DNA from: Halococcus sp. AFM35
Lineage (GTDB): Archaea > Halobacteriota > Halobacteria > Halobacteriales > Halococcaceae
Reading direction: 5' to 3'
Assembly (NCBI RefSeq): GCF_051195015.1
Contig: NZ_JBNTJU010000006.1
Coordinates: 98,720 to 130,719 of the forward strand
DNA length: 32,000 bases
Position 1 is the stretch's first letter. Each line of letters begins with the position of its first letter. Made by a program: the position numbers and the translations under genes. Shown here in pieces: positions 1 through 10,193 of the stretch. The notes under the pieces are model-generated. The model was given only the letters and a program-made list of their open reading frames with translations, made no database searches and was not told the origin of the DNA.

Positions 1-75
1 TTCCTGCCGAGCGTGAACGACGGAAAATTCGATGGCCGGTCGAATCGCTTGCCGGTCGGCGTCGGCGGAACAGTT

Positions 76-1167
76 ATGACTGTGGCAGACAGTGACACAG
101 AGGCTATGCGAGCAGCAGTCCTCGAAGAACACGGCGAACCGCTCGACATCCGGGACGTGGACGCACCCGACCCCGACCCCACGGGTGCGGTGGTCGAAAT
201 GGAGGCCTGTGGCATCTGTCGGAGCGACTGGCACGGCTGGCAGGGCGACTGGGACTGGCTCGGCATCCAGCCTCAACAGGGCCAAATCCTCGGCCACGAG
301 CCGGCGGGCACGGTCGTCGCGGTCGGCGACGAGGTCGAGCATCTATCGGAGGGCCAGCAGGTCACGGTCCCGTTCAACCTCGGCGACGGGACCTGCAAGC
401 AGTGTCGCACCGGCCACGGCAACACCTGCGAGAACATCCGCCCGCTCGGCTTCGTCGAATCGGTGCCCGGTGCGTTCGCCGAACAACTCCACGTCCCGGC
501 CGCCGAACACAACGCCGTCCCGCTGCCCGACGGCGTCTCGTCGGTCGACATGGCCGGACTTGGCTGTCGGTTCATGACTTCCTTCCACGCGCTTGCCCAT
601 CGGGCCGACATCGGCGGTGGCGACTGGGTGGCGGTGCATGGCTGCGGTGGCGTTGGCCTTTCCGCTGTGCACATCGCCAGCGCGCTCGGCGGGAACGTCA
701 TCGCGGTCGATTTACAGGACGAAAAGCTCGAAAAGGCCGAAGCACTCGGTGCGAGCGCGACGGTCAACGCGAGCGACGTCGAGGACACACCCAACGAGGT
801 CAAATCCATTGCCGACGGCGGCGCGGCGGTCTCGGTCGATGCGCTCGGCATCGAGACCACCTGTCGGAACTCGGTGCTGAGTCTCGGGACCCGCGGCCAG
901 CACATCCAGGTCGGCCTCTCGACGCAGGACGAACAGGGGATGGTCTCGCTGCCGACCGACATGATGGTGATGGGTGAAATCGAGTTCATCGGCTCGCTCG
1001 GGATGGCCCCGACCAACTACGACGAGATATTTCGAATGGTCGGCGACGGCAAACTCGACCCGAGCGCGGTGGTCTCGGAAACCGTGACACTCGACGACGT
1101 CTCGGCGAAACTGGCGGCGATGGACGACTTCGAGACGATGGGCATCCCCGTCATCGACAGTTTCTAA
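76..1167 (+). CDS. Zinc-dependent alcohol dehydrogenase (MDR family)
   Basis: Translation has GHEPAGTVVAVGDEV, a zinc-binding cysteine region (CKQCRTGHGNTC) and the Rossmann motif HGCGGVGLSAVHIA. The start is likely ATG 76 (alternative 106), shorter than the tracked 13..1167. Confidence 0.93.
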   Translation: MTVADSDTEAMRAAVLEEHGEPLDIRDVDAPDPDPTGAVVEMEACGICRSDWHGWQGDWDWLGIQPQQGQILGHEPAGTVVAVGDEVEHLSEGQQVTVPFNLGDGTCKQCRTGHGNTCENIRPLGFVESVPGAFAEQLHVPAAEHNAVPLPDGVSSVDMAGLGCRFMTSFHALAHRADIGGGDWVAVHGCGGVGLSAVHIASALGGNVIAVDLQDEKLEKAEALGASATVNASDVEDTPNEVKSIADGGAAVSVDALGIETTCRNSVLSLGTRGQHIQVGLSTQDEQGMVSLPTDMMVMGEIEFIGSLGMAPTNYDEIFRMVGDGKLDPSAVVSETVTLDDVSAKLAAMDDFETMGIPVIDSF

Positions 1168-1620
1168 CACCCACCTTTTTACTTCGGGGTTCGCGCTCGC
1201 GTTGCTCGCGCTCAACTCTCTGCTCACGGGCGCTTCGCGCCCGTTCACACGGTCCGAGGGAGCTTCACTCCCTCGCTCCTCGCAAAAATCTGGACCAAAA
1301 ACTCCCGCTCGCAAACCGCGCTCGCTACGCTCACACGGACAGTACTGCACCACCAACCACTACCCAGCACCGCAGAAGCCCTCACTCGCTATCTTCTCGC
1401 GGGCCGGGAGACGGCTTCGCCGTCTCCTTCGAGGCGGTTTCACCGCCTCGCTGCCCGCTCGAACGGTCAGCGGCGCGGAGCGCTGCTCGACGCTCGCTCG
1501 TCCTTCGTCCGCCGAGGGACCGCCACACCGCAAACCGCAGCCGCTACGGTGGCCACACCGCGACCGCCACCGCAGCCGCGCCGCCACCGCACCGCGACCA
1601 CCACACCTACCGCCTGTTTT
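1168..1620 (+). repeat. Non-coding palindrome-rich element, copy A of a dispersed repeat
   Basis: Starts directly after the ADH stop with CCCACCTTTTTACT, contains AAAAATCTGGACCAAAAACTCCCGCTC at 1284-1310, and has perfect or near-perfect hairpins at 1226-1244, 1256-1274, 1407-1427 and 1431-1449. No credible ORF. Right boundary approximate. Confidence 0.7.
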
Positions 1621-1659
1621 CGGGCCAACACCTATGGTCTCCGCGCGATATCGACAGCC

Positions 1660-3621
1660 ATGACCGACGGGGATTGGCGCGCGGCCGAGCGCGAACACAC
1701 CGACGAAGTCATCGGCACCGACACCATCCCACGACTGTTCGAGCGGAGCGCGACACGCAACGCCGACCAGCCCGCTCAGCGGTACAAGGGTGGCGTCCAC
1801 GAGCGTTCACTCGCCGGCAGCGTCGTCAAACGGGCCGACCCCGGCGAGTACGTGACGCTCACCTACGAGGAGTTCCAATCAATCGTCCGCTCGCTCGCGG
1901 CCGGCTTCCGCGACCTCGGCGTCGAAGCCGACGACCGGGTTGGCATCTTCTCGCCGTCGCGCATGGAGTGGGCACAGGCCGACTTCGCCCTGCTGGCGGC
2001 GGGCGCGGTCGTCACCACTGTGTATAAAGAATCCTCGCCACGACAGGTCGAGTACCTGCTCGCCGACCCCGGAGCCACGGGGGTAATCGTCGACGACCGC
2101 GACCGATTGGAGCGCGTGATGGCAGTCGAGGACGCGCTCGACCTCGAATTCGTCGTCGTGCTTGACGACGTTTCGACCACTCGTGAAGACGTGTTCACGC
2201 TCGCCGACATCTACGAGCGCGGCGAGCAAGCCTTCGACCGCGCGGCCTACGAGGGCTGGCTGAGCGAGCGCACCCCCAAGGATTTGGCGAGTCTCATCTA
2301 CACCTCCGGAACGACGGGCAAACCGAAGGGCGTCCGCATGACCCATCGCAACTTCCGGGCGAACATCAACCAGCTCAGAAAGCGCTTCGGCGACCGGCCC
2401 GACAGATCCACCGGCCTCCCTTCGGTGGGCCGCGAGACGGTCGCCCTGTCCTTTCTCCCGCTCGCGCACGTCTTCGAGCGCCTCGCGGGCCACTTCTTCC
2501 TGTTTGCGAGCGGCGCGACCGTCGCCTACGCCGAGAGCGCCGACACGGTGGCCGAAGACATCGAAACCGTCCGGCCGACGACCGCCATCAGCGTTCCACG
2601 AATTTACGAGCGCATCTTCGACTCGATGCGTGAGGACGCCGATTCGGCCGTGAAACGTCGCATCTTCGAGCGCGCGGTCGCGGCGGCAAAGCGCACCAGT
2701 CGAGAGGAGAAACCGGGGCGGACACTCCGGGTCGAGCGCGCGCTCGCCAACCGCCTCGTCTACAGCACTGTGAAGGAAGCGATGGGCGGCAATATCGACT
2801 TTTTCATCAGCGGCGGCGGCAGCCTCTCACCGGAACTGGCTCGCCTATTCGACGGGATGGACCTCCCCATCTACGAGGGCTACGGACTCACCGAGGCCGC
2901 ACCCGTCGTCTCGGTCAACCCACCAGAAGCGCCGAAGCCCGGAACGCTGGGGCCGCCGCTCACTGGCGTCGAGACGAAACTCGATTCGGACGTTCTGCCA
3001 CCCGAACAGCGCGACCGCGAGGGCGACCGTGGCGAACTCTTGGTACGGGGGCCGAACGTCACCGATGGCTACTGGGAGAACCCGGAGGAAACCGACGCCA
3101 CCTTCGAAGAAGGGGGTTGGCTGCGGACCGGCGACATCGTCGAACGCGATGCCGATGGGTATCTCGTCTATCACGAGCGGCTGAAACAGCTGTTGGTGCT
3201 CACCACGGGCAAGAACGTCGCGCCCGGACCCATCGAGGACGCCTTCGCCACCTCCGAGCGGGTCGAACAGGCGATGGTGCTCGGCGACGACGAGAAGTTC
3301 GTGAGCGCCCTGTTGGTCCCGAACTTCGAGAAACTGCGTGCGTGGGCCGCCCGAAAGGGAATCGAACTCCCGAGCGACCGCGCGGCGCTCTGCCGCGACG
3401 AGAACGCCCGCGCGTGGGTCGAAGCACACGTCGAGAACGTCAACGACGAGCTGGAACCCCACGAGCGCATCAAGCGCTTCGAACTCGTTCCCCTCGAATG
3501 GACGCCCGAAAACGACCTGCTCACGCCGTCACTGAAGAAAAAGCGCCGCAACATCGAGGCGCGATTCGACGACCAGATAGACCGCATCTACGCCGCCGGG
3601 CGGCCGGCGGCCGACGACTGA
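1660..3621 (+). CDS. AMP-forming long-chain acyl-CoA synthetase (AMP-binding enzyme)
   Basis: AMP-binding signature LIYTSGTTGKPKGVRMTHRN, YGLTEAAPVV and GWLRTGDIVERD. ATG at 1660 fits better than the tracked start at 1549. Confidence 0.95.
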   Translation: MTDGDWRAAEREHTDEVIGTDTIPRLFERSATRNADQPAQRYKGGVHERSLAGSVVKRADPGEYVTLTYEEFQSIVRSLAAGFRDLGVEADDRVGIFSPSRMEWAQADFALLAAGAVVTTVYKESSPRQVEYLLADPGATGVIVDDRDRLERVMAVEDALDLEFVVVLDDVSTTREDVFTLADIYERGEQAFDRAAYEGWLSERTPKDLASLIYTSGTTGKPKGVRMTHRNFRANINQLRKRFGDRPDRSTGLPSVGRETVALSFLPLAHVFERLAGHFFLFASGATVAYAESADTVAEDIETVRPTTAISVPRIYERIFDSMREDADSAVKRRIFERAVAAAKRTSREEKPGRTLRVERALANRLVYSTVKEAMGGNIDFFISGGGSLSPELARLFDGMDLPIYEGYGLTEAAPVVSVNPPEAPKPGTLGPPLTGVETKLDSDVLPPEQRDREGDRGELLVRGPNVTDGYWENPEETDATFEEGGWLRTGDIVERDADGYLVYHERLKQLLVLTTGKNVAPGPIEDAFATSERVEQAMVLGDDEKFVSALLVPNFEKLRAWAARKGIELPSDRAALCRDENARAWVEAHVENVNDELEPHERIKRFELVPLEWTPENDLLTPSLKKKRRNIEARFDDQIDRIYAAGRPAADD

Positions 3622-3629
3622 CGCCCGTA

Positions 3630-4697
3630 TTACTTCCCGCCGATGACGCCCGTCGTCGTGGCGACTTCGCGGGCGGCGCTCTCGTTCATCCCGTTACCGA
3701 GGATGGTGTAGCGGTCGCGGATGGCGTGGGCAGTCGTGAGCGCCTCGACGATGGCGGTCTCGTCGATACCGAGTTCGGCAGCGGCCGTCGGAGCACCGAG
3801 ACCGGCGAGTGCATCCCGGATGTTCTTCCATCTGCCTGCCTCGCCGCTGTGGAGGTATTCGGTCAGAATCGAGCCGACACCCACCTGATGGCCGTGCAGC
3901 GCCGCGCCGGGGGCGATGCGGTCGAGTTGGTGGGAAAAGAGGTGTTCGGCCCCGCTCGCCGGCCGTGAGGAGCCGGCGATGGACATCGCCACGCCCGAGG
4001 AGACGAGCGCCTTGACGACGACCCACGCCGACTCCTCCAACCCTCGTTTGATGGAGTCGGCGTTGTCGACGAGCATCTCGGCGGTCATCTGACTGAGTGC
4101 GCCCGCGTACTCCGAATACTCGACGTTCTGGAGGCGGTTGGCGAGCTGCCAGTCGCGGACGGCAGTGTAGTTCGAGATGATGTCCGCACACCCGGCGGTG
4201 GTGAGTTCCCACGGCGCGTCGGCGATGATTTCGGTATCAGCGACGACAGCTAAGGGAGGTTCGGCGGCGACGCTGTGACGGCTGTCGCCTTCGGGGACGC
4301 TCCCGCGTCCGGAGACGATGCCGTCGTGGCTCGCCGCCGTCGGTACCGAGACGAAGCCCATGTCGAGCGAGTCGCTCGCCATCTTGGCGATGTCGATTGG
4401 TTTGCCGCCACCGACGCCCACCAGAAAGCCCGCCTCGGTCTCGCGGGCGGTCTCGATGACGCGCTCGACGGCTCCGAAACTCGCCCGCTCGACGACGACC
4501 GTCGCCGGTTCCGTTCCCCCATCGGCGAAATCCGCGACGACGCGCTCGCCGGCGACCTCGCGGGCCGTGGGACTGGTCACGACGAGCGGGCGGCCACCGA
4601 GATGGAGCTCGGCGATGGCGTCGGTGGTCTCGGAGAGCACGCCGTGGCCGACCACGACGTTGCGTGGCAGACGAATCCACGTGGTCTTGTCGAACAT
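3630..4697 (-). CDS. egsA: sn-glycerol-1-phosphate dehydrogenase
   Basis: MFDKTTWIRLPRNVVVG..., VGVGGGKPIDIAK, SVPTAASHDGIVSGR and SGAEHLFSHQLD, characteristic of archaeal G1P dehydrogenase. Start ATG at 4697. Confidence 0.93.
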   Translation of the reverse strand: MFDKTTWIRLPRNVVVGHGVLSETTDAIAELHLGGRPLVVTSPTAREVAGERVVADFADGGTEPATVVVERASFGAVERVIETARETEAGFLVGVGGGKPIDIAKMASDSLDMGFVSVPTAASHDGIVSGRGSVPEGDSRHSVAAEPPLAVVADTEIIADAPWELTTAGCADIISNYTAVRDWQLANRLQNVEYSEYAGALSQMTAEMLVDNADSIKRGLEESAWVVVKALVSSGVAMSIAGSSRPASGAEHLFSHQLDRIAPGAALHGHQVGVGSILTEYLHSGEAGRWKNIRDALAGLGAPTAAAELGIDETAIVEALTTAHAIRDRYTILGNGMNESAAREVATTTGVIGGK

Positions 4698-4942
4698 GAC
4701 CCCTCTCGCTTCCGGGTCGGCAAACCGTTTGCCCTCCGTCCTCAGCGCGTATCGAGCACCGAGAGCACGCGCTCTTCGCGCTCGCAGCCGGGACCGTTCT
4801 CGGGGCTGGCGCTCGGCTCCGTTCGCCCACACTCGTATTCACCATCGCCCACGGACCTTCCCAACTGACTCCTTCGTGCGCCGCCGCGCCACCACCCACG
4901 GCGACCGGCGGGGTTTAGGCTTCCCGGTCCCTCCATCGACCC

Positions 4943-5692
4943 ATGTGCACCCTCGTGCTCGCGTGGCAGGTCTTCGCCGACCGGCCGGTGGTGGTGGCGG
5001 CCAACCGCGACGAAGCCGTCGACCGCGAGTCGAACGCGCCCGGACTGCTCTCGGAAGACCCGAAAGTCCTCGCCCCGAGCGACGCCGAGGCGGGCGGGAC
5101 GTGGATCGGCTACAACGCACATGGATTGTTCGTTGCGGTCACGAACCGCTGGACGGACAGGGAGTTGGCGGGCGAGCGCTCGCGCGGGCTGCTCGTCCGT
5201 GACGCGCTCGAAGCCGATTCGGCGGAAACGGCGGCCCGTCACGTCGAGCGTGCGGTCGAGACTGACGAGTACGAGGGGTTCAACCTCGTGGTGGCCGACG
5301 AGCGGGCGGCGGTCCTGCTCGAATGGGATGAACAGTTACGAGTTCGCAACCTCGATCCCGGCGTCCACGTCGTCATGAACACCGGCGAAATCGGCGACGT
5401 CGACATCTCCGAGTCGTGGCCCGAACGCGGCGAGCGACAGGCCGCAAATGGCAGAAAGGTGCGTGAAGCGCTCCAGCCCGACCCCGGCGAGGGGAGCGAG
5501 GAGTGGCTCGACCGCGCGGCCGACGTCCTCGGCGACCACGACTACGGCGTCTGCGTCCACCACGAGGAGTTCGGCTTCGGCACGCGCTCGTCGTCGCTCA
5601 TCGCCATCGACGAGGAGGGCAACGGCGAGTACGAGTTCGCCGACGGACCGCCCTGTCGAACCGCTTTCGAGCGGGTCGAACGCCGGATTTAA
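4943..5692 (+). CDS. NRDE family protein (TANGO2-like)
   Basis: Begins MCTLVLAWQVFADRPVVVAANRDE..., the canonical NRDE motif, followed by GGTWIGYNAHGLFVAVTNR. Confidence 0.9.
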   Translation: MCTLVLAWQVFADRPVVVAANRDEAVDRESNAPGLLSEDPKVLAPSDAEAGGTWIGYNAHGLFVAVTNRWTDRELAGERSRGLLVRDALEADSAETAARHVERAVETDEYEGFNLVVADERAAVLLEWDEQLRVRNLDPGVHVVMNTGEIGDVDISESWPERGERQAANGRKVREALQPDPGEGSEEWLDRAADVLGDHDYGVCVHHEEFGFGTRSSSLIAIDEEGNGEYEFADGPPCRTAFERVERRI

Positions 5693-5716
5693 CCCCTCCG
5701 GCGGTGTGGATAGCGT

Positions 5717-6061
5717 ATGAGCACGACGGCCGAAGACGACCTCTCGGAGGACGAGCGCGCCGCCCTCGAACTCGTCCGCTCCACAGGAGGAATCCACCAG
5801 AGCGACTTCTGGAAGGAACTCGACGTTGACTCGCGCACCGGTAGCCGTATGGCCGAGCGCCTCGAAGAGCGCGGTCTCGTCGAGCGCGAGGACACCGTCT
5901 ATGAAGGTCACAACACCTACTACATCGCGCCGGCGGCGCGCGACCTCGATTTCTCACTGCTGATGGCCGGCAACGAACTCTCGCCGCTGGTCGGCGAGGA
6001 GGACGTCGAACCGGAAAGCGACGCCTTCTCCCAGTGGATCATGCAGTTGGCCTACCAGTAG
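5717..6061 (+). CDS. Small helix-turn-helix (MarR-like) transcriptional regulator
   Basis: 114 aa winged-helix pattern: ALELVRSTGGIHQSDFWKELDVDSRTGSRMAERLEERGLVEREDT. Confidence 0.8.
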   Translation: MSTTAEDDLSEDERAALELVRSTGGIHQSDFWKELDVDSRTGSRMAERLEERGLVEREDTVYEGHNTYYIAPAARDLDFSLLMAGNELSPLVGEEDVEPESDAFSQWIMQLAYQ

Positions 6062-6103
6062 TCGTCCGAGGGTTCAAAGCCGAAGCCGCGACCAGTCGGC
6101 GGC

Positions 6104-6973
6104 GTGCAGCGGACGAGCCGGACGGTCGGGGCGGGTACACGCTGTGAGTGCGAGCCACATGTCGAAAACCGACGGCTTCACATCAACGCGACCGACTGTG
6201 CCGGACGCGGCCGGCTCTCGAATCGGGCCTGTCGGACGACGGCCATCGCGGCGCTCGACGGCTCCATCGTCGGAATCGAAACCCATAGCGAGGGCAGCGA
6301 GCGCCATCACGACGAGGGAACGGTCGGCGTTCTCGTGGCTGCGGCCCGGTTCGCCGCTATCGTCGGCGAACACGACGCGGCACTGGCCCAACGAGCATAT
6401 CGAGAGCCGTTCGGGGCCGCCCGCGCGGCGCTCGCCCGTGGCGGACGAGTGGGCGAACTCGCCGCCGTCACAGGAATGGCCGAGGCGCTCGCTCGGGATG
6501 GCTACGGTGTCGGGCACGAACTCAATTCACTTACGTCGGCGGCGGCTATCGGGGCCATGCTTCACGACATCGACGATGCTGGCGACCTCACGCCCGAGGA
6601 ACTGCGTGCGCGCTACGACGAGCGACTGCGAGCGGTCATCGAGAGCCACGGCGTCGAGACGGTACGCGAGGAGACGGGTGTCGAGAGCGAGGCGCTCGCA
6701 AACAGTGAATCGCCAGCCATGACGCTCGAAGATGCCGCGGCCGTGCTCGCGCTCGACCCGGACGAACCCGACGCCGACGCCATCGCCACGGAGACCCGTG
6801 ACCACCTCCTGATGGGGATGACGACCGCCGTGCTCGACGTCGAGGCGGTCGAGTCGGGCATCAACGGGTCGTTCGACGCACGGGAAATCCAGCAGAAGAT
6901 CGAGGGACGACTCCCGATGGACCTCGACGAACTCGCCATGATTCACGGCTACATCGAGCAGCGAAAGCCATGA
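6104..6973 (+). CDS. Hypothetical protein; C-terminal part resembles haloarchaeal DUF5791, N-terminal part is a Cys-containing domain
   Basis: Continuous 289 aa ORF. The only upstream start is GTG 6104, and the DUF5791-like part could start at ATG 6557 (MLHDIDDAGDLTPEELRARYDERL...). Confidence 0.6.
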   Translation: MQRTSRTVGAGTRCECEPHVENRRLHINATDCAGRGRLSNRACRTTAIAALDGSIVGIETHSEGSERHHDEGTVGVLVAAARFAAIVGEHDAALAQRAYREPFGAARAALARGGRVGELAAVTGMAEALARDGYGVGHELNSLTSAAAIGAMLHDIDDAGDLTPEELRARYDERLRAVIESHGVETVREETGVESEALANSESPAMTLEDAAAVLALDPDEPDADAIATETRDHLLMGMTTAVLDVEAVESGINGSFDAREIQQKIEGRLPMDLDELAMIHGYIEQRKP

Positions 6974-7857
6974 GGGTCGCGGTCCTCGGCTGTGGCTACG
7001 TGGGTCTCGAACTCGGGCGCAGGCTCGTCCCCGACCACGACGTCGTCGGCGTGCGCCGTTCCGCCGACGGCCACGAGGCAATCGAACGCGCCGGCTTCGA
7101 CGCCATCGAAGCTGACCTCACCAACCCCGAGGACCTCACGGCCGTCCCGGACGTCGATACCCTAATTTTCGCGGCGAGTTCCGGCGGTCGCGGAGCGGCG
7201 GCCGCACGCGAAATCTACGTCGATGGACTTCGAACCGTCATCGAAACCTTCGGCGCGCGCGAGGACTCGCCCGACCGCCTCGTCTACACCTCCTCGACGG
7301 GTGTCTACGGCGACCACGGTGGCGACTGGGTGGACGAGAGCACTCCTCTGGAGCCGACGACCGAGAAGACCGTAGTGCTTGCCGAGGCCGAGCGAGTCGC
7401 GCTCGAAGACGCGAGCGAGCACGGTATCGACGGCACGGTCGTGCGATTCGCTGGTTTGTACGGCCCGGAGCGCTACCGACTTGAGCGCTATCTCGACGGT
7501 CCCGTGACGGAGGGCTATCTCAACATGCTCCATCGGGCGGATGCCGCCGGCGCGATTCGATTCCTGCTCGACAGTGATGCCGGGCGTGGGGAGGCAGTGC
7601 TCGCCGTCGATGACGAACCAGTGGAGAAATGCGACTTTGCTGACTGGCTGGCCGACGAGTGTGACGTGCCCCGCCCGGACAAGCGGACGACCGCCGAGCG
7701 CCTTAGAGAGGGCGACCTCTCGGAGCCGGCACGGCGGCGCATCGAGACCTCCAAACGCTGCTCGAACGCCAAACTCAGGGAGTTGGGCTACGAGTTCGCG
7801 TATCCGACCCACCGCGAGGGCTATCGGGCGGCCATCGAGGAGTATCGCCACGGCTGA
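6970..7857 (+). CDS. SDR-type NAD-dependent epimerase/dehydratase
   Basis: N-terminal MRVAVLGCGYVGLELGRRL nucleotide-binding motif and VYTSSTGVYGDHGGDWVDE. 4-bp overlap with the upstream ORF. Confidence 0.88.
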   Translation: MRVAVLGCGYVGLELGRRLVPDHDVVGVRRSADGHEAIERAGFDAIEADLTNPEDLTAVPDVDTLIFAASSGGRGAAAAREIYVDGLRTVIETFGAREDSPDRLVYTSSTGVYGDHGGDWVDESTPLEPTTEKTVVLAEAERVALEDASEHGIDGTVVRFAGLYGPERYRLERYLDGPVTEGYLNMLHRADAAGAIRFLLDSDAGRGEAVLAVDDEPVEKCDFADWLADECDVPRPDKRTTAERLREGDLSEPARRRIETSKRCSNAKLRELGYEFAYPTHREGYRAAIEEYRHG

Positions 7858-7905
7858 GCCAGCACGGCGGAAGACTCTTTTTTCTGGAGGATAAGCCGCA
7901 ATCGA

Positions 7906-8697
7906 ATGGGGACTTGGGAACACGTCGCGTTTCTCGCCGGCTCGGAAAACCGCGTTCGGGTTCTCGAAGCCCTCCGCGAACGGCCGCGCCGCCAGTGCGA
8001 ACTCGTCGATGCGTGTGGGCTGTCGCGCTCGACGGTCCACCGGACGCTCGACGGACTCGGAGAGCGTGAGTGGGTTCACAGCGAGGGTGGCGAGTACCGA
8101 CTCACGGTCGGCGGCCGGCTCGTACTCGACCAGTTCGACGCCCTCGAAACGGCCATCGAGCGCGTCGACGAGTGGGGACCGTTCCTCCAGCGCCTCGGCT
8201 CGGTCGGCGCGACGCTGCCGACGGCAGCGCTCGACGACGCACGGCTGGTGACGAACGCCCCCGAGAACCCCCACGCCACGATGAGCCACGTCACCGACGT
8301 GCTCGCCGCAGCCGATGGCGAGACGTTTCGGGGCATTTCCCCGGTCGTCAGCCCCGTGACCAACGAGGCCGCCCGCGAGCCGCTCGCAGCCGGTGTGGCG
8401 ATGGAACTCGTCATCGACGAGTCGGTGCTTGAGACCTCGCAGGCGGCCTACCCCGATGCGTTCGCGGCCGCCCACGACTTCGAGAACTTCAAACTGTTCC
8501 TCTCACCTGACGAAATCACGTTCGGGCTCACGGTTTTGGACGACCGCGCGCTGGTCTGTGCCCACGACGAACAGGGCACGCTATATGGGTGTCTCGACGG
8601 CACGAACGAGGCGCTCGTGCGGTGGGCGAACGACGTCTACGAAGACCATCGGGCGGCTGCCCGGCGTATCGATACTGTCCCTAGCCCTCGACAGTGA
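7906..8697 (+). CDS. Winged-HTH transcriptional regulator (FilR1/DUF1724-like C-terminal domain)
   Basis: N-terminal HTH FLAGSENRVRVLEALRERPRRQCELVDACGLSRSTVHRTLDGL, then a ~150 aa ligand-binding-like domain. Confidence 0.82.
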   Translation: MGTWEHVAFLAGSENRVRVLEALRERPRRQCELVDACGLSRSTVHRTLDGLGEREWVHSEGGEYRLTVGGRLVLDQFDALETAIERVDEWGPFLQRLGSVGATLPTAALDDARLVTNAPENPHATMSHVTDVLAAADGETFRGISPVVSPVTNEAAREPLAAGVAMELVIDESVLETSQAAYPDAFAAAHDFENFKLFLSPDEITFGLTVLDDRALVCAHDEQGTLYGCLDGTNEALVRWANDVYEDHRAAARRIDTVPSPRQ

Positions 8698-8980
8698 ATC
8701 GCGGCTCTTCGATGGCCTCGCTCTTGCAGTCGGGGCAGCGCGAGGGCCGGTTGATTCGGTCGTCGAAGCCCGCGAAGCCACAGTCACGACACTCCGGCGG
8801 GGCGACCAGCAGTTCTTCGTCGGTCGAATCGAGCGACTGAGCGACGTGTTCGACGTGGTCGAGGGCCGTCTCGGTCGTGATGGCGAACTCGCTGGCGAGG
8901 GTGCTCGCGGCGGCCGGCTGTTCGCGGAGGTGGTCGGCGATGCGCTGGCGCGTCGTCGCGTCGGCATCCGCTCGGCGCAT
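8681..8980 (-). CDS. HTH transcriptional regulator with C-terminal zinc ribbon
   Basis: From ATG 8980: [35 protein letters not shown]...[27 protein letters not shown]. CxxC...CxxC zinc ribbon. Overlaps the 3' end of the previous gene tail-to-tail. Confidence 0.82.
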   Translation of the reverse strand: MRRADADATTRQRIADHLREQPAAASTLASEFAITTETALDHVEHVAQSLDSTDEELLVAPPECRDCGFAGFDDRINRPSRCPDCKSEAIEEPRFTVEG

Positions 8981-9072
8981 GCATCCAATCGGACCCGGTG
9001 GCGCAAAACCGTTTGCCCGGCGCGCCCGGCGCGGGTCGGAAGCCACAAGGCGCTGGCTGTCCACCCGCAGAT

Positions 9073-9462
9073 ATGTTCGGAGGAGGCGGCGGTCTGAACC
9101 CGCAGAAGATGCAGCAGATGATGAAACAGATGGGCATCGACATCGAGGAGATCGATGCCGAGGAGATAATCATCCGCACCGGTGACGAGGAACTCGTCTT
9201 CGACGATGCCGAGGTCCAGCGGATGGACGCCCAAGGACAGGCGACCTACACCATCACGGGCGAGCCGGAGACGCGCGCGGCGGACGAGGAGGCGATACCG
9301 CTCGGCGAGGGCGACGAAGAGGATGCGGGCAGTGGGGATGCGGTTCCCGACTCGGACGTCGAAATCGTCTCTCAGCGCACGGGTGCGAGCGAGGACGCCG
9401 CACGCGAGGCGCTCGAAGCCGCAGACGGGGACCTCGCGGCGGCGGTCTCGCGGCTGGAGTGA
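9073..9462 (+). CDS. nac: Nascent polypeptide-associated complex (NAC) protein
   Basis: [48 protein letters not shown]... plus C-terminal UBA-like [31 protein letters not shown]. Confidence 0.93.
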   Translation: MFGGGGGLNPQKMQQMMKQMGIDIEEIDAEEIIIRTGDEELVFDDAEVQRMDAQGQATYTITGEPETRAADEEAIPLGEGDEEDAGSGDAVPDSDVEIVSQRTGASEDAAREALEAADGDLAAAVSRLE

Positions 9463-10193
9463 CGGCCGTTTTGCTCGTCGGCGAGGGCCGCGAGTATCTC
9501 CGCGAGCCGGGCGCGAGGTTGGAGACGGACCTCGGCGTGCTCGACGTGCCAGAAGACGTAGCCTCCGGGGCGGTGCTCGAAACCCATCTCGGGACCGAGT
9601 TCGTGGTGCGGGACCTCCGTGGTCCGGACCTCTTCCATCACTTCGAGCGGACCGGCGCGCCGATGCTACCCCGGGATGTGGGTCTCGTGATGGGTCACAC
9701 CGGCGTTGCAGCGGGCGACAGGGTGCTCGATGCTGGGACCGGAACTGGCGTGCTCGCCGCCGCGCTCGGGCGTGTGGGTGCGTCGGTGGTGAGCTATGAG
9801 CGCGACCCGGAGTTCGCCGATGTCGCCCGCGAGAACATGACGCTGGCCGGTGTCGGTGAGGGGTCGGCTGGCGGTGGTGTCGAAGTGCGGACCGGCGACG
9901 TGCTCGACGACGCCGCCGCGCTCGGGGAGTTCGACCTGCTCACGCTCGACACCGAGGACGCGCCGGCGGTCGTCGAACACGCTCCTGAACTCTTGGTTCC
10001 CGGCGGGTTCGTCGCGGTCTATTCGCCGTTCGTCGAGAGCGCGCGCGAAGTCGTTGAAACACTCGACTCAGTGGGTCTCGACGCCGAAACCTACGAGACC
10101 ATCCAGCGCGAGATGGACTTCGACGAGCGCGGGACGCGCCCCTCGACGGCCGGTGTCGGCCACACGGGCTATCTGATTTTCGCGCGTAACTAG
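9459..10193 (+). CDS. tRNA (adenine-N1)-methyltransferase, TrmI family
   Basis: SAM motif [40 protein letters not shown]; 4-bp overlap with nac. Confidence 0.88.
   Translation: MTAVLLVGEGREYLREPGARLETDLGVLDVPEDVASGAVLETHLGTEFVVRDLRGPDLFHHFERTGAPMLPRDVGLVMGHTGVAAGDRVLDAGTGTGVLAAALGRVGASVVSYERDPEFADVARENMTLAGVGEGSAGGGVEVRTGDVLDDAAALGEFDLLTLDTEDAPAVVEHAPELLVPGGFVAVYSPFVESAREVVETLDSVGLDAETYETIQREMDFDERGTRPSTAGVGHTGYLIFARN

Noticed and set aside
1226-1449. Cluster of short palindromes considered as a CRISPR array
   Set aside because: The hairpins differ in stem sequence and spacing and lack identical repeats with regular spacers. No cas genes are in the window.
1360-1800. 146 aa minus-strand ORF over the ADH/acyl-CoA synthetase spacer
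   Set aside because: It overlaps the repeat element and the true start of the acyl-CoA synthetase. Arg-rich non-protein-like composition, no recognised motif.
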